Origin: Candidatus Vogelbacteria bacterium RIFOXYD1_FULL_51_18
Lineage (GTDB): Bacteria > Patescibacteriota > Minisyncoccia > Phycocordibacterales > UBA9988
Direction of reading: 5' to 3'
Assembly: GCA_001823095.1 (NCBI GenBank)
Contig: MHTL01000014.1
Span: 1,881 to 65,880 of the forward strand
DNA length: 64,000 bases
The notes below the pieces were generated by a model. It ran no database searches, was not told the DNA's origin, and saw only the letters and a program-made list of their open reading frames with translations. Shown here one piece after another: positions 50,597 through 60,492 of the stretch; position 1 is the stretch's first letter, and every line of letters starts with the position of its first letter. A program made the position numbers and the translations under genes.

Positions 50597-50929
50597 ATGG
50601 AATTTTCTCTGCCCCTTGCTTCACCACTCCTCATTGCCGGTCTTGCGGGCGGGATGTTGCGCGCAGTTGTGGGCTACATCAAGGCAAAGAACGCGCTCAA
50701 AAAATCACCGAACTTCTCTCCGCTCTACCTTCTCTCCACCGTCTTCGCTTCCGGCGCCATCGGCTACCTCACGGTGTGGTTCTTTTACGACTTACGCGAG
50801 ATAGTCCTTGGCCCCTTGCCATTTACTCCCGCCATTTCGGCGGTGCTGGGCTATGCAGGCGGGGACATCATGGAGAATGTGTATAAAATCTTCACTAAGC
50901 GCCTGACCTTGTTTGAAAAAGCAAAGTGA
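50597..50929 (+). CDS. Small 3-TM membrane protein
   Basis: GGMLRA.VG..K; GYAGGD..E..YKI. Confidence 0.7.
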   Translation: MEFSLPLASPLLIAGLAGGMLRAVVGYIKAKNALKKSPNFSPLYLLSTVFASGAIGYLTVWFFYDLREIVLGPLPFTPAISAVLGYAGGDIMENVYKIFTKRLTLFEKAK

Positions 50930-50951
50930 AATACAATACCCGCATCCGCGA

Positions 50952-50981
50952 TTGACAATAAAGCACCTCTTGTGCTATAAT
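50952..50981 (+). promoter_or_regulatory. Sigma70 promoter
   Basis: TTGACA-18bp-TATAAT with extended TG. Confidence 0.7.
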
Positions 50982-51022
50982 GGCATCAAAGAGGTTTTTG
51001 ATTTTGAAAGGAGGAATAAAAA

Positions 51023-51454
51023 ATGAAGGTGATTGTACTGCAGAAGGAGCGGATGATTTTTGATCTTGTCGCTCGTTTTCTGAATGAGAAATACTTGGGT
51101 GCCATTGTGGGAACTATTGACCCTGAAGAGGCGCTCAAGAGTCTGCGACAAGAACAAAAGCAGGAGCGGGATGCGGTGCTCATCACGTGCCATTACCCGA
51201 AGACCATGCGCGATGCGCTTGCAATCGCGCGCTTAGTAAAAAGGACTCTGCCCGGAGTTCCCGTCTATACTTACTCGGCAATACAGGTTTGTGGCGCCGA
51301 GGACTTGGCGTTAATTGATGGACAGATTAAAAAGCCATGCGGAGCAAGGAACTCGGCTGGACATTTTGCAACGGTTGCCCAGGTTTTCTCTCGCCTTGCC
51401 GATGGTGCGAGTGCGGATGAAATTAAAAACGAGTTTCCTGGTATGGTCATCTAG
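51023..51454 (+). CDS. Degenerate receiver (CheY-like) domain protein
   Basis: MKVIVL..DPEEAL..DAVLIT..PVYTYS..IDGQIKKP; canonical phospho-Asp not evident. Confidence 0.55.
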   Translation: MKVIVLQKERMIFDLVARFLNEKYLGAIVGTIDPEEALKSLRQEQKQERDAVLITCHYPKTMRDALAIARLVKRTLPGVPVYTYSAIQVCGAEDLALIDGQIKKPCGARNSAGHFATVAQVFSRLADGASADEIKNEFPGMVI

Positions 51455-51483
51455 CTGTCAAACACCGAGTGTCGGGTAGTCTT

Positions 51484-51532
51484 GCCCTGTTCGCTCCGCC
51501 AGCTGGCGGAGGCGAATGGGGCTTTTTCTTTT
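51484..51532 (+). terminator. Terminator with internal TCCGCCAGCTGGCGGA palindrome
   Basis: gccctgttcgc..gcgaatggggc plus T-tract. Confidence 0.7.
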
Positions 51533-51598
51533 TCGTATGAATAGTGTATAGTCCCACCAGAAAAGGACGTTAACAATGATTGAGAAAGGGGACATACA

Positions 51599-52588
51599 AT
51601 GCCTGCAGATACCTTGGAACTCCGCGGAGTTCCTTTTTTGAGAGTCTTTCAGATGTCCGGGGCAACTAATTTCTTTGGGGAGGGTTACGCCTTCCACCGC
51701 CTCTGGAAACATCTTGGAATGGACTGGAGCAGAACGACCTTTGCGGCAAAAACAACAACCCTTTTAGCGCGCGCAGGGAATATGCCGCTGCAGAGAGACA
51801 GTATTACTCCGCAAGAGTGGTGCCCTAAGTGTATTATCGCGAAGCCTAGACAGGGGGTCACATTGAATGCTGTCGGACTTTCTGGCCCAGGCACACACAC
51901 GCTCCTTACCAGAGGGAGCTGGCAGCTCCGTAATGAACCGTTCTGGATTTCCTTCATGCCTGTGACGGAAACGCCGCAGAAGCGGCACCGGGAGCTTGTT
52001 GCCTTCAGAAACTTGCTCTCTGCGCGCATGGCGGAATTCAGGAGCCCCTTCGGACTCCAGCTCAATCTCTCCTGCCCTAATGTGGGGCTCAATGGGAGCA
52101 AACTTGCGGAAGAAGCGGGGGACATGCTCTCTGTTGCAGGGACGCTCCGCATACCGCTTGCGCTCAAGCTTAATCTCTTGGTACCGCCGCGTCTTGCGGC
52201 GGCTATTGCCGAGCATCCTGCCTGCGATGCCCTCCATGTGACCAACGCACTGCCGTGGGGGTCATTCCCTGACGAGATTGATTGGGAAGAGCTCTTTGGG
52301 GGGCGCATATCGCCGCTCGCACATCTGGGGGGCGGCGCCCTTTCGGGCAAGCCGCTCTTGCCGCTTGTGCTACGCTGGCTTGCGGAAGCAAGAAAGCATG
52401 TGAGGAAGCCCATCATTGCAGGCGGAGGGATACTCTCGCCTGCGGACGCCGAAGCCATGATTAACCTTGGCGCCGCCGCGATAGCGCTTGGCGTTATCGG
52501 GATACTGCGCCCATGGCGTATGCGCTCCACAATAAAGGCCGCATATCAGCGCTTCGCCTTGCACGAGAGACTATACGGAGGAGACTAG
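51599..52588 (+). CDS. pyrD: Second, divergent dihydroorotate dehydrogenase
   Basis: AKTTT..R.GN, LNAVGLSGPG, QLNLSCPN, GALSG, IIAGGGI; adjacent to pyrC. Confidence 0.8.
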   Translation: MPADTLELRGVPFLRVFQMSGATNFFGEGYAFHRLWKHLGMDWSRTTFAAKTTTLLARAGNMPLQRDSITPQEWCPKCIIAKPRQGVTLNAVGLSGPGTHTLLTRGSWQLRNEPFWISFMPVTETPQKRHRELVAFRNLLSARMAEFRSPFGLQLNLSCPNVGLNGSKLAEEAGDMLSVAGTLRIPLALKLNLLVPPRLAAAIAEHPACDALHVTNALPWGSFPDEIDWEELFGGRISPLAHLGGGALSGKPLLPLVLRWLAEARKHVRKPIIAGGGILSPADAEAMINLGAAAIALGVIGILRPWRMRSTIKAAYQRFALHERLYGGD

Positions 52589-52589
52589 C

Positions 52590-53636
52590 ATGTCAGAATT
52601 CAGAGAGATTACTATGGCGCGGCCGGATGACTTTCACGTCCATCTGCGTAGCGGAACAATGATGCAGGAAGTGGTACGGCTCACACGGCCGTGGAGACGA
52701 GCGCTGGTTATGCCAAATCTGGAGAAGCCGATTCTCACCGCAGAAGATGCTCTCCGTTATCACGATGAGATTGAGCGAGCCAAGCGCACGCACGGAGTGG
52801 ACTTTGAACCGCTTATGACTATCCAGATTACCAAGGATACTAGCTCCGACATCATCCATCGCGCAAGAATTGACGGAAAGGTGCTTGCCGGAAAAGTATA
52901 CCCGCGCGGGCTTACGACTAACTCCGAATTCGGAGTTGTGGATTATCCAAAGGAACTCTATAGCACGCTCCTTACTATGGAGGAAACGGGGATGGTGCTC
53001 TCACTCCATGGCGAAAAGCCGGGAACATTCTCTCTTGACCGCGAGAGAGCATTTCTTGAGACTCTCTCGTGGATTATTGAACACTTCCCAAGACTTAAAA
53101 TTGTGCTTGAGCATATCACCACAGCCGCAAGCGTCGGCTTTGTGATGCATGGCCCGCCTACGCTTGCGGCAACGATTACGCCACACCATCTCTATCTTAC
53201 TCTTGATGACGTTATTGGCACGACTTTGCGGCCGCATAATTTTTGCAAGCCGATTGCCAAGTATCCGCACGATCTGCGCGCTCTCCGCAGCGCTCTCACA
53301 TCAGGCAATCCCCGGTTCTTTGCCGGCACTGATTCTGCGCCGCATAGCCGCGAACGCAAGGAGTGCGACCACGGTTGTGCGGGCATCTTCAGCGCTCCCA
53401 CAGCGCTTTCGCTCTACCTTGATGCGTTTGAAGAAGAGGACGCTTTCTTAATTGCCAGCCCTTTCCTGAATGAATATGGCGCACGGTTCTATGGTCTCCC
53501 TCCCATTCCAGACCAGCGTTGGATACAGCTCCAGAAGAAAACCTGGAATGTGCGCGAAATGGAGACTCGCTGCGGTGTTAAAATTTTCACCGCAAACGAG
53601 ATGGGCGACGTCCACTGGAATGTCCTCGCGTCCTAA
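52590..53636 (+). CDS. pyrC: Dihydroorotase (E. coli-type)
   Basis: DDFHVHLR, VMPNL, KVYP..TTNS, LEHITT, FCKP, GTDSAPH. Confidence 0.95.
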   Translation: MSEFREITMARPDDFHVHLRSGTMMQEVVRLTRPWRRALVMPNLEKPILTAEDALRYHDEIERAKRTHGVDFEPLMTIQITKDTSSDIIHRARIDGKVLAGKVYPRGLTTNSEFGVVDYPKELYSTLLTMEETGMVLSLHGEKPGTFSLDRERAFLETLSWIIEHFPRLKIVLEHITTAASVGFVMHGPPTLAATITPHHLYLTLDDVIGTTLRPHNFCKPIAKYPHDLRALRSALTSGNPRFFAGTDSAPHSRERKECDHGCAGIFSAPTALSLYLDAFEEEDAFLIASPFLNEYGARFYGLPPIPDQRWIQLQKKTWNVREMETRCGVKIFTANEMGDVHWNVLAS

Positions 53637-53705
53637 ACTTGTTCTTGATAGATAACCCCGCTTTGCCTCTGGCAATTTGCGGGGTTATTCTTATATACTA
53701 CGGTT

Positions 53706-53933
53706 ATGTATATCCGCGTTTTTGTCACCCCCAAGGCCAAGCGCGACGTTATCATCAGAGAGGGGTCGGAGAACTTTAGCATTTCGGTGCGGGTGCCCGC
53801 AGAGCGCACTATGGCCAATGAGCGCGTCCGCGAGCTGGTAGCGGGGGAGTTTAAAGTAGCCAAGGAGAAGGTGCGCATTATAAGCGGGCACCATAGACCC
53901 GGGAAAATTCTTTCGGTAGAATTGGATTATTAG
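53706..53933 (+). CDS. DUF167 family protein
   Basis: V.VTPKAK...VRVPA...AN...VRIISG. Confidence 0.85.
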   Translation: MYIRVFVTPKAKRDVIIREGSENFSISVRVPAERTMANERVRELVAGEFKVAKEKVRIISGHHRPGKILSVELDY

Positions 53934-53948
53934 CGCAGTAATGAAGTC

Positions 53949-54314
53949 ATGCGTATTGATATTTCTGCGAAGGGGATAGAGATTACGGGAGCGATACGCG
54001 ATTACGCTAAGAAAAAGATTTCTGCCCTCTCGCGCTTTCTCAAAGGAGCGAGGGAGCTTCGCGCCTCTCTGATGCTTGGCAAAGAGACGGCGCACCATCG
54101 TGAAGGCGAGGTGTTTGTGGTGGAAGCAGAGCTCTCTGTTGACGGGAGGAGTTTTCATAGCGATGAGAAGGGGGATGACCTCTACGCGACGATAGACGCT
54201 GTGCAGGAGGAATTGGAGCGCATGATTACAAGCGAAAAGGAAAAACGGGGGAGCATGCTGCGCCGCGGCGGCAGAAAAGTGAAGGAGATATTCAGGAGAT
54301 TTTACCGCGCATAA
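53949..54314 (+). CDS. hpf: Ribosome hibernation factor HPF/RaiA
   Basis: IEITGAIRDYA..K, DLYATID. Confidence 0.9.
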   Translation: MRIDISAKGIEITGAIRDYAKKKISALSRFLKGARELRASLMLGKETAHHREGEVFVVEAELSVDGRSFHSDEKGDDLYATIDAVQEELERMITSEKEKRGSMLRRGGRKVKEIFRRFYRA

Positions 54315-55167
54315 TTGACAGGTCGCCGTAACCACGGAGAAAATCTTGGTAGCTCATTTCGCGCCCGCCCTCGGGGATGACGCGGTCAATGGAGAGCCCT
54401 CTGCCCTCCCTGTGCGCGGCAATGATGACTACACGCGATTTTTTGCCTTTGTGCGTGATGGTAAAGAAGGTTCGCGGCCAGGGCTCGTAGGCGCGGATTT
54501 TTCTGAAATTTAATTCACTGTCATCCGCAAGATTAACAAAGCCGTCTTCTTTTTTTATCATTTTTGTATAGGTTGCTTTGATCTCGTCTTGCGGGGTCTC
54601 TTGTGCCGTGCCGTCTGCCACAGCAGGGAGCACGGAAGCAAGAAGTTTGCCTCCCTCATGGGCCAATTTTTCTGCCAGTTCCGGATACCACTCATCTCCG
54701 CGCAGGGGAACTTCCTTTTGCGCAATGATTGCTCCATGATCCATTTTTGCGTCTATGCGCATTACCGTCACTCCGGTGAGTGGCGCGCCGCCTAAGATGG
54801 CTCCCTCAATGGGAGTTGCGCCGCGGTAACGCGGCAGGAGCGACGGGTGAATGTTCACTGCGCCGCGCTCGGGAATGTTGAACACAGCTTCGGGAATGAT
54901 TTTCCCGTACGAGGCGACAATAAAAAGGCAGACACCGAGTGTTTGAAATTCCCGACACTCGGTGTCTGCCAAGTTCTCGGGCTGAATGAAAGGAACACCG
55001 TGCGCAAGAGCCCACTCTTTTAAAGGCGGCGGGGTGAGCTTGTGTGCTCTCCCTGCGGGCCTGTCGGGCATGGTGACAATCAGCGAGGACGGATATCCCG
55101 CCTGCACGAGCTCCTCAAGCACGAGTATGGAGAAATCATCACTACCCCAGAATGCGTAATTAATCAT
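54292..55167 (-). CDS. fmt: Methionyl-tRNA formyltransferase
   Basis: VTMPDRPAGR, VASYGKII, NIHPSLLPRYRG, MDHGAI. Confidence 0.95.
   Translation of the reverse strand: MINYAFWGSDDFSILVLEELVQAGYPSSLIVTMPDRPAGRAHKLTPPPLKEWALAHGVPFIQPENLADTECREFQTLGVCLFIVASYGKIIPEAVFNIPERGAVNIHPSLLPRYRGATPIEGAILGGAPLTGVTVMRIDAKMDHGAIIAQKEVPLRGDEWYPELAEKLAHEGGKLLASVLPAVADGTAQETPQDEIKATYTKMIKKEDGFVNLADDSELNFRKIRAYEPWPRTFFTITHKGKKSRVVIIAAHREGRGLSIDRVIPEGGREMSYQDFLRGYGDLSIMRGKIS
54927..54970. repeat. ACACCGAGTGT-family hairpin inside fmt
   Basis: ggcagacaccgagtgt-12nt-acactcggtgtctgcc. Confidence 0.9.
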
Positions 55168-55663
55168 CTTTGTGCGGAGGAATTTCTCTGATATTTTTTG
55201 CTTTGTCAATAAAGAGAACGCCGTCAAGATGGTCAAGCTCGTGCTGGAAAATTTGAGCAAGGAGGCCTCCCGCGCCGCGCGCAAACTTTTTTCCGTGCTC
55301 ATCATAGGCCTCCACCGTCGCCTGCGCCGCCCGCGTCACTTCCCCGTAGAGCCAGCGCACGGAGAGACATCCCTCTTCCATTTTTTTGGTGCGCTTGGAA
55401 ACACGCAGGAGCCGCGGATTGATAAAAACCGTGCGTATGTCGCGCTCGCTTTCAAGGTAGGCGTTGGGAGAAACCACAAAAATCCGCAGAGGGAGTCCGA
55501 TCTGCGGCGCCGCGAGCGCCACCCCGTCGTCCTCTCGCGCGAGCGCCCTTTTCATATTCTTGAGTATCGTACGCAATTTAGCACTGCCAAAAAGCTTTTC
55601 CGGAACAGATCCTGCCCCTTTCCGGAGCGCCGCGTGGTCTCGGTTAACGATGCGAACCATCAT
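55160..55663 (-). CDS. def: Peptide deformylase
   Basis: GVALAAPQIG, EGCLSV, QHELDHLDG. Confidence 0.97.
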   Translation of the reverse strand: MMVRIVNRDHAALRKGAGSVPEKLFGSAKLRTILKNMKRALAREDDGVALAAPQIGLPLRIFVVSPNAYLESERDIRTVFINPRLLRVSKRTKKMEEGCLSVRWLYGEVTRAAQATVEAYDEHGKKFARGAGGLLAQIFQHELDHLDGVLFIDKAKNIREIPPHKDD

Positions 55664-55667
55664 TAGA

Positions 55668-57557
55668 TTATAGAATACTTGAAGGGTCAATATCAACTGC
55701 ATAGCGGGGAGACAACTCTTTCACAATACCCGCGAGTCGCTTATCCGGCCAGTGGGGAAAAGCTATTTTAAGGAGGATGTGCATAGCTCCCGTAGGACCG
55801 GCGTATAGTAATGGATTCCATTCGCGCAATTCCTCGGTAAGTTTTTCCATGTCTGTACGGATGGTATCGCGTTTTCCTTGCCGGCTGATTTTAATCAGTG
55901 TTGCGTAGGGCGGATAGTTGAGCGCGCGCCGAGCCTCAAGCTCGGCGCGCTGGAACTCCACAAGCTGTCCGCGCGCCGCATACGCGATAGTTGGCGCATC
56001 GGGGTTCCTTGTCTGAATGGCAAAATGCTCCACAGCCCGCTCTCGCAAGCGCGTAAGCATGACGAAGAGTCGCTCGCTGATTTTAAAGTCCGGTATGACG
56101 AGGAGCGTGTCCACCGAAATAATACCCACCAACTCAATGGGCGCTTGCAGGTAGGGGATAAGCATCTCTGTCCCGAGGAGAATACTCCCGCGTGTTGCAT
56201 AAAATTGCCGTACGCGCTCTTCTGCCACGGCGCGGCTCTTAACCGAGTCGCTGTCAAGGGAGAAGACCGGCACCCGGGGAAAACGCTCCTTGAGCTCCTC
56301 GCGCGCCTTCTGTGTCCCAATGCCGAGCATAACAAGCTTCCAACTGCCGCAGTTCTGACAACCTTCCGGCGGTTCCTGCAGAGCTCCGCACTGGTGGCAG
56401 GCGTAGATGTACTCACTTTCCCCGTTCTGCCGGCCAGCGGATTCATGGAGTACGACGGGGCTTCCACAGCGCAAGCAACGCACCGTCTCGCCGCAGTCAC
56501 CGCAGACGGTGGAAGGGGCAACGCCGCGCCGCGCGCCCAAAAGCGCTACGTGCCCTGCCTTTTTCACTGTTTCGGTAATCAGCTTTCCCAGCGCCTCGCC
56601 GATGGCGCGACCTTTCTCTTTTTTCTTTACCGCGCCGCGCTCCTCATTGCGCATGTTGATAAGATGCACTTCGCCGTGGGTATGCGCGCGCGTTTTGACG
56701 GGGACGAGAGGGGTAAGAGCGCCTGATTCTATGCGTAGCATCGATTCTGCGGAAAGCACGCTGTCTCCTGTAATAAAGCGCACCGAGCTTGCGTCGCAGA
56801 GAAATTCCGCAAAGCGGCGCATGTCAATAAATGGCCGCGCAAGCGCCTTGTACGCGCTGGTATTTTCCTGGTCAACAATAAGCGTCTCAACGGAGCCGCC
56901 GGTGAGCGCGAGCGCTGTCGGGGTGCCCACAATGAGGAGCGCGGTCCCATTGGCGAATTCTTTGATTATTTTTCCGAGCTCCTCCGTGCTCGTCTCGCCA
57001 TGCACGATACGCACAGAATTATTAATGCCTCGTCCCAGCACGAGAGCTGCGGCGGAGACGTCTTTGACTGTCGGTAGAATCACGAGCACGGAACGGCGTT
57101 TGACAAAGGTCTCGCGGATAAGTTTTTTATAGAGCGATAGCCGCTCCTCGTCACTGTCGGAGACCACATAGCGCTCCTCGCGAAGGCCACATTGATGTTG
57201 AGTAAGGGCGGGGAGAGATTCTCCGCAATCAAGAACAGTAGATGAGAGCACAACGGAGAGAACAAGAGAGAGCGGCGCGGCATAAAAATCCGCGCAGGCG
57301 CGCGCGGCGTCCAAGAATGCGGGGGAGAGATAGGCGCTGGTAAGCAGTTTGCCTATTTTTTTAAGGGAAAAACGCGAAGCCTTGAGCTCGGCCTTGTGCG
57401 TCACGGCGCTCTCGCAACCCGCTACCAGGGCGCGTACGCGCTTGCCCCGCAGGGGTATCTCCACCAGGTCCCCGGGGGAGAGTAGGGAGGCGGAGTAGTA
57501 CGTGAGCTCCTCCACAAAAGCCCCGCGGGCTATGGGGATTACCGTAACAACATTCAT
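55668..57557 (-). CDS. priA: Primosomal protein N' (PriA) with degenerate helicase motifs
   Basis: 3'-DNA-binding domain, four CxxC, GTQK, QTRNP, YPPY; no Walker A. Confidence 0.88.
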   Translation of the reverse strand: MNVVTVIPIARGAFVEELTYYSASLLSPGDLVEIPLRGKRVRALVAGCESAVTHKAELKASRFSLKKIGKLLTSAYLSPAFLDAARACADFYAAPLSLVLSVVLSSTVLDCGESLPALTQHQCGLREERYVVSDSDEERLSLYKKLIRETFVKRRSVLVILPTVKDVSAAALVLGRGINNSVRIVHGETSTEELGKIIKEFANGTALLIVGTPTALALTGGSVETLIVDQENTSAYKALARPFIDMRRFAEFLCDASSVRFITGDSVLSAESMLRIESGALTPLVPVKTRAHTHGEVHLINMRNEERGAVKKKEKGRAIGEALGKLITETVKKAGHVALLGARRGVAPSTVCGDCGETVRCLRCGSPVVLHESAGRQNGESEYIYACHQCGALQEPPEGCQNCGSWKLVMLGIGTQKAREELKERFPRVPVFSLDSDSVKSRAVAEERVRQFYATRGSILLGTEMLIPYLQAPIELVGIISVDTLLVIPDFKISERLFVMLTRLRERAVEHFAIQTRNPDAPTIAYAARGQLVEFQRAELEARRALNYPPYATLIKISRQGKRDTIRTDMEKLTEELREWNPLLYAGPTGAMHILLKIAFPHWPDKRLAGIVKELSPRYAVDIDPSSIL

Positions 57558-57621
57558 GGGCTAAGTATCAAGGAACAAGAGCCAAGTAGCAAGGGGGTAA
57601 TTTTTGCATTACAATGGCTCT

Positions 57622-58911
57622 ATGAAGAAGGAATTTTTTGAGATTAATGGCTTGGGAGGGGAGGCGGGATTGGAAGGGGAGATTAGAGTTTCCGGGGCAA
57701 AAAATGCCGCATTGCCGGCGCTCGCGAGCGCCGTGCTCTTTACGAATACGCTGACCTTGACTGAAATCCCGTCTATTGAAGACATCTTTCGCACGCAGGA
57801 AATGATTAGCGCCATTGGTGGAACGGTGCAGTTTGCGGACGGCACGATGGAGGTGGGCATTCCCGATTCGTGTACCCCTGACCTCACTGGCGATATTGCT
57901 AAACGCATGCGCGCTTCGGTCATTTTTACGGGGCCGCTACTCGCGCGCTTCCGCCGCGTGCGCTTCCCGCACCCGGGTGGTTGTGTTATCGGACCGCGGC
58001 CCATTGATATGTTTCTTGAAGCCTACGAGCGCATGGGAGCGACCGTGCGCATTGAAGACGGTTTGTATGAGGTGAGTGCTCCGCGAGGCCTGCGCGGCGC
58101 ATCTATTTTCTTCCGCCAGCAAAGTGTTACCGCCACCGAGGCAGTGATGCTCGCGGCGGCGCTTGCGGAAGGGACAACAATCATAGAGAATGCCGCATGT
58201 GAGCCGGAGATCGCGAGTGTCGCGGATTTCCTCATTGCAAATGGCGCGCAAATCAGCGGAGCCGGTTCTTCGACGATTACCATACGGGGTACGACGCTTC
58301 TTACTGCGCGAGAGCATTATCGCTGTATCCCCGACAGGATTGAAGCGGGCAGCTTTCTCATCCTTGCGGCGCTGGCGGGGAAAGATGTCCGCATACATAA
58401 TGTCAACTGTGCGCATATCCGTTCGCTCACTAATGAGCTTGAACGCGCAGGAGTGGAGCTACGCTACGGAGAGAATAGCGTACGCGTTGCAAAAAGCGCG
58501 CAATCCTACTGCCCGCTCACATTCAAAACGCACGAGTACCCTGGATTCCCTACTGACCTGCAGGCGCCCATGCTCGTTTTTCTCACGCAGGCGGGAGGGG
58601 AGAGCTTGGTATTTGAAACAGTGTTTGAAAACCGCCTTAATTACAGCGAGGAGCTCATGCGCATGGGAGCCGACATCACGGTCATGAATCCGCACCAAGC
58701 GCTCGTGCGCGGCCCGCGGAACTTGCATGGACGGGAGCTCCCGAGTCCCGACATCCGCGCCGGACTCGCATTTGTTATTGCCGCCGCTATTGCAGAAGGG
58801 AAGTCGCTGGTTCATAATGTATATTATATTGACCGCGGGTACGAGCGCATTGACGAGAGATTCGCCGCGCTCGGGCTCTCCATCATTCGTCATGAATTCG
58901 AAACTCATTGA
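57622..58911 (+). CDS. murA: UDP-N-acetylglucosamine 1-carboxyvinyltransferase
   Basis: SGAKNAALP, PGGCVIGPRP, PGFPTDLQ, IDRGYE. Confidence 0.97.
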   Translation: MKKEFFEINGLGGEAGLEGEIRVSGAKNAALPALASAVLFTNTLTLTEIPSIEDIFRTQEMISAIGGTVQFADGTMEVGIPDSCTPDLTGDIAKRMRASVIFTGPLLARFRRVRFPHPGGCVIGPRPIDMFLEAYERMGATVRIEDGLYEVSAPRGLRGASIFFRQQSVTATEAVMLAAALAEGTTIIENAACEPEIASVADFLIANGAQISGAGSSTITIRGTTLLTAREHYRCIPDRIEAGSFLILAALAGKDVRIHNVNCAHIRSLTNELERAGVELRYGENSVRVAKSAQSYCPLTFKTHEYPGFPTDLQAPMLVFLTQAGGESLVFETVFENRLNYSEELMRMGADITVMNPHQALVRGPRNLHGRELPSPDIRAGLAFVIAAAIAEGKSLVHNVYYIDRGYERIDERFAALGLSIIRHEFETH

Positions 58912-60487
58912 TTACATCCGCACACAGACGGTGCTCGGGAAAACTCCAGAGGATATTTCGCAGGCTCTCATCACGCAGGGCGGATGGACCAAGGAGGAAG
59001 TTGCCGCCGCATTCACTGCATTCCGCGCTGAACGCAAGGCGCCCGAGATTGCCGTGGTGCGGGAAGAATATCATCCCTTGGCCGCATCAACGGTAAAAAA
59101 TCCCTCAACCATTCCCGAGGTCAAACCAGCCGCGAGGGCGAGACGTTTCTCCCTGCGCACCACCCTCATTCTTATCGCAGTGTTCCTTCTCCTTGCCGCC
59201 ACGGCCGCCTACGGCTACTTTGTATATCTGCCGACAATGAATCAGCCCTCGCTCGCGGAAGCGCTCCCGGAAATTGCGCGGGGCACTGCGGCCCTTCCCA
59301 GCGCGAGCTATGTCGGCTCATACCACGCAACGGGCACTTTCAGCTATATGAAGAGCGGCCCCTCTGCCGCTGCAGACCCTTCTACGCGTATAAGAGGCTC
59401 TTTTGATGCGCAGGCGCCTTTTTCTTTTTCTTACATCAAAGCTGACCCTGCGAATGAGGGCGACATAAAACTCCATGGCAGAATTGAGCCATACGTCGCT
59501 TTTTCCATGCCGCCGCTCTCTTTTATTGCCTCGGCAACCAGCTCATTTATTGTTGTGGATAAAACCTTCTACGCGCGTCTGGATGACATATCAGAGATAA
59601 TGCTCATCCCCTTTGATTTTTCCCAGCTGACCGACGTGTGGGTGAAAATGCCAGCCGATGAAAGTCAGACTTTGGAGACGGCGGAAGTCGGACTTCCAGC
59701 TGACGCGATTGCTTCCTCAACCGCACTTGCGAAGAAAGCTCTTGAAAGAGCGCTCAAAGAAGAAGTGATAAAAGTTGTTGATACTCTGCCCGGCGGGAGC
59801 ATTGGGGGAATGCGCACCTACCGCTACCGCTTCCAGATTGATGTGGGGAAGCTCTCAATCATTATTGCGGAGGAAACTCGCAATTCCGGTGGAGCTGATA
59901 TTACCGCAGAGCTTGACCGCGAATTTGCGGCGCTGCCGCCCTTATGGGGAGATCTCTGGATTGACCGCGATACGCTGGCACTGCGCCGCCTTACGGTTGC
60001 GTACCGTGTAAGCACAACGACCCCGTTGGACTCTGATACCGTTACCGAGTTTGACATCTCGTCGCTCTTCACCATTGAACGGCAAGGGAGCGTCCCTTCT
60101 GCCATTGCGGCCCCTGCGGATTCCGTAACGCTGGAGGAGCTCATGGACACAATCCGCTTCAGTAGTTTGCTCAAGGACCTTGACGATAGTTCCACAACGA
60201 CCGAGGCCGTTGCGCGCGAGCTGTGGAGCGGCAGAAATAAGCTTATGGAAAGCTACCCCGATGCCGCCACCAGTTCCCGCTCCTACCGTCGCTATCCTCC
60301 AAGCGCATGCAAAGACCTCGGGCTCTCTCCCACATGCCGCATCGGACCTGCCTCTTCCTGGGGCAACACCTTCGTTCTCTGGAGAAATTTGAGCGGGAAG
60401 CGTATACTCTGCGTTGACGAGGAGGATATGGAGATACTTGCCAAGCCGCTTAACAATACGGAGTATCGCTGCCCTTCCGTCTTCTAA
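58892..60487 (+). CDS. Hypothetical single-TM protein with large extracytoplasmic domain
   Basis: LIDYI..GW..EEV N-terminal helical motif, TM, beta-rich LolA/LppX-like region. Confidence 0.7.
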   Translation: MNSKLIDYIRTQTVLGKTPEDISQALITQGGWTKEEVAAAFTAFRAERKAPEIAVVREEYHPLAASTVKNPSTIPEVKPAARARRFSLRTTLILIAVFLLLAATAAYGYFVYLPTMNQPSLAEALPEIARGTAALPSASYVGSYHATGTFSYMKSGPSAAADPSTRIRGSFDAQAPFSFSYIKADPANEGDIKLHGRIEPYVAFSMPPLSFIASATSSFIVVDKTFYARLDDISEIMLIPFDFSQLTDVWVKMPADESQTLETAEVGLPADAIASSTALAKKALERALKEEVIKVVDTLPGGSIGGMRTYRYRFQIDVGKLSIIIAEETRNSGGADITAELDREFAALPPLWGDLWIDRDTLALRRLTVAYRVSTTTPLDSDTVTEFDISSLFTIERQGSVPSAIAAPADSVTLEELMDTIRFSSLLKDLDDSSTTTEAVARELWSGRNKLMESYPDAATSSRSYRRYPPSACKDLGLSPTCRIGPASSWGNTFVLWRNLSGKRILCVDEEDMEILAKPLNNTEYRCPSVF

Positions 60488-60492
60488 CAACA

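Noticed and set aside
51458-51598. PyrR attenuator or riboswitch before pyrD-pyrC
   Set aside because: No PyrR-binding consensus; the hairpin is better explained as the upstream gene's terminator, and a new -10 (TATAGT) follows it.
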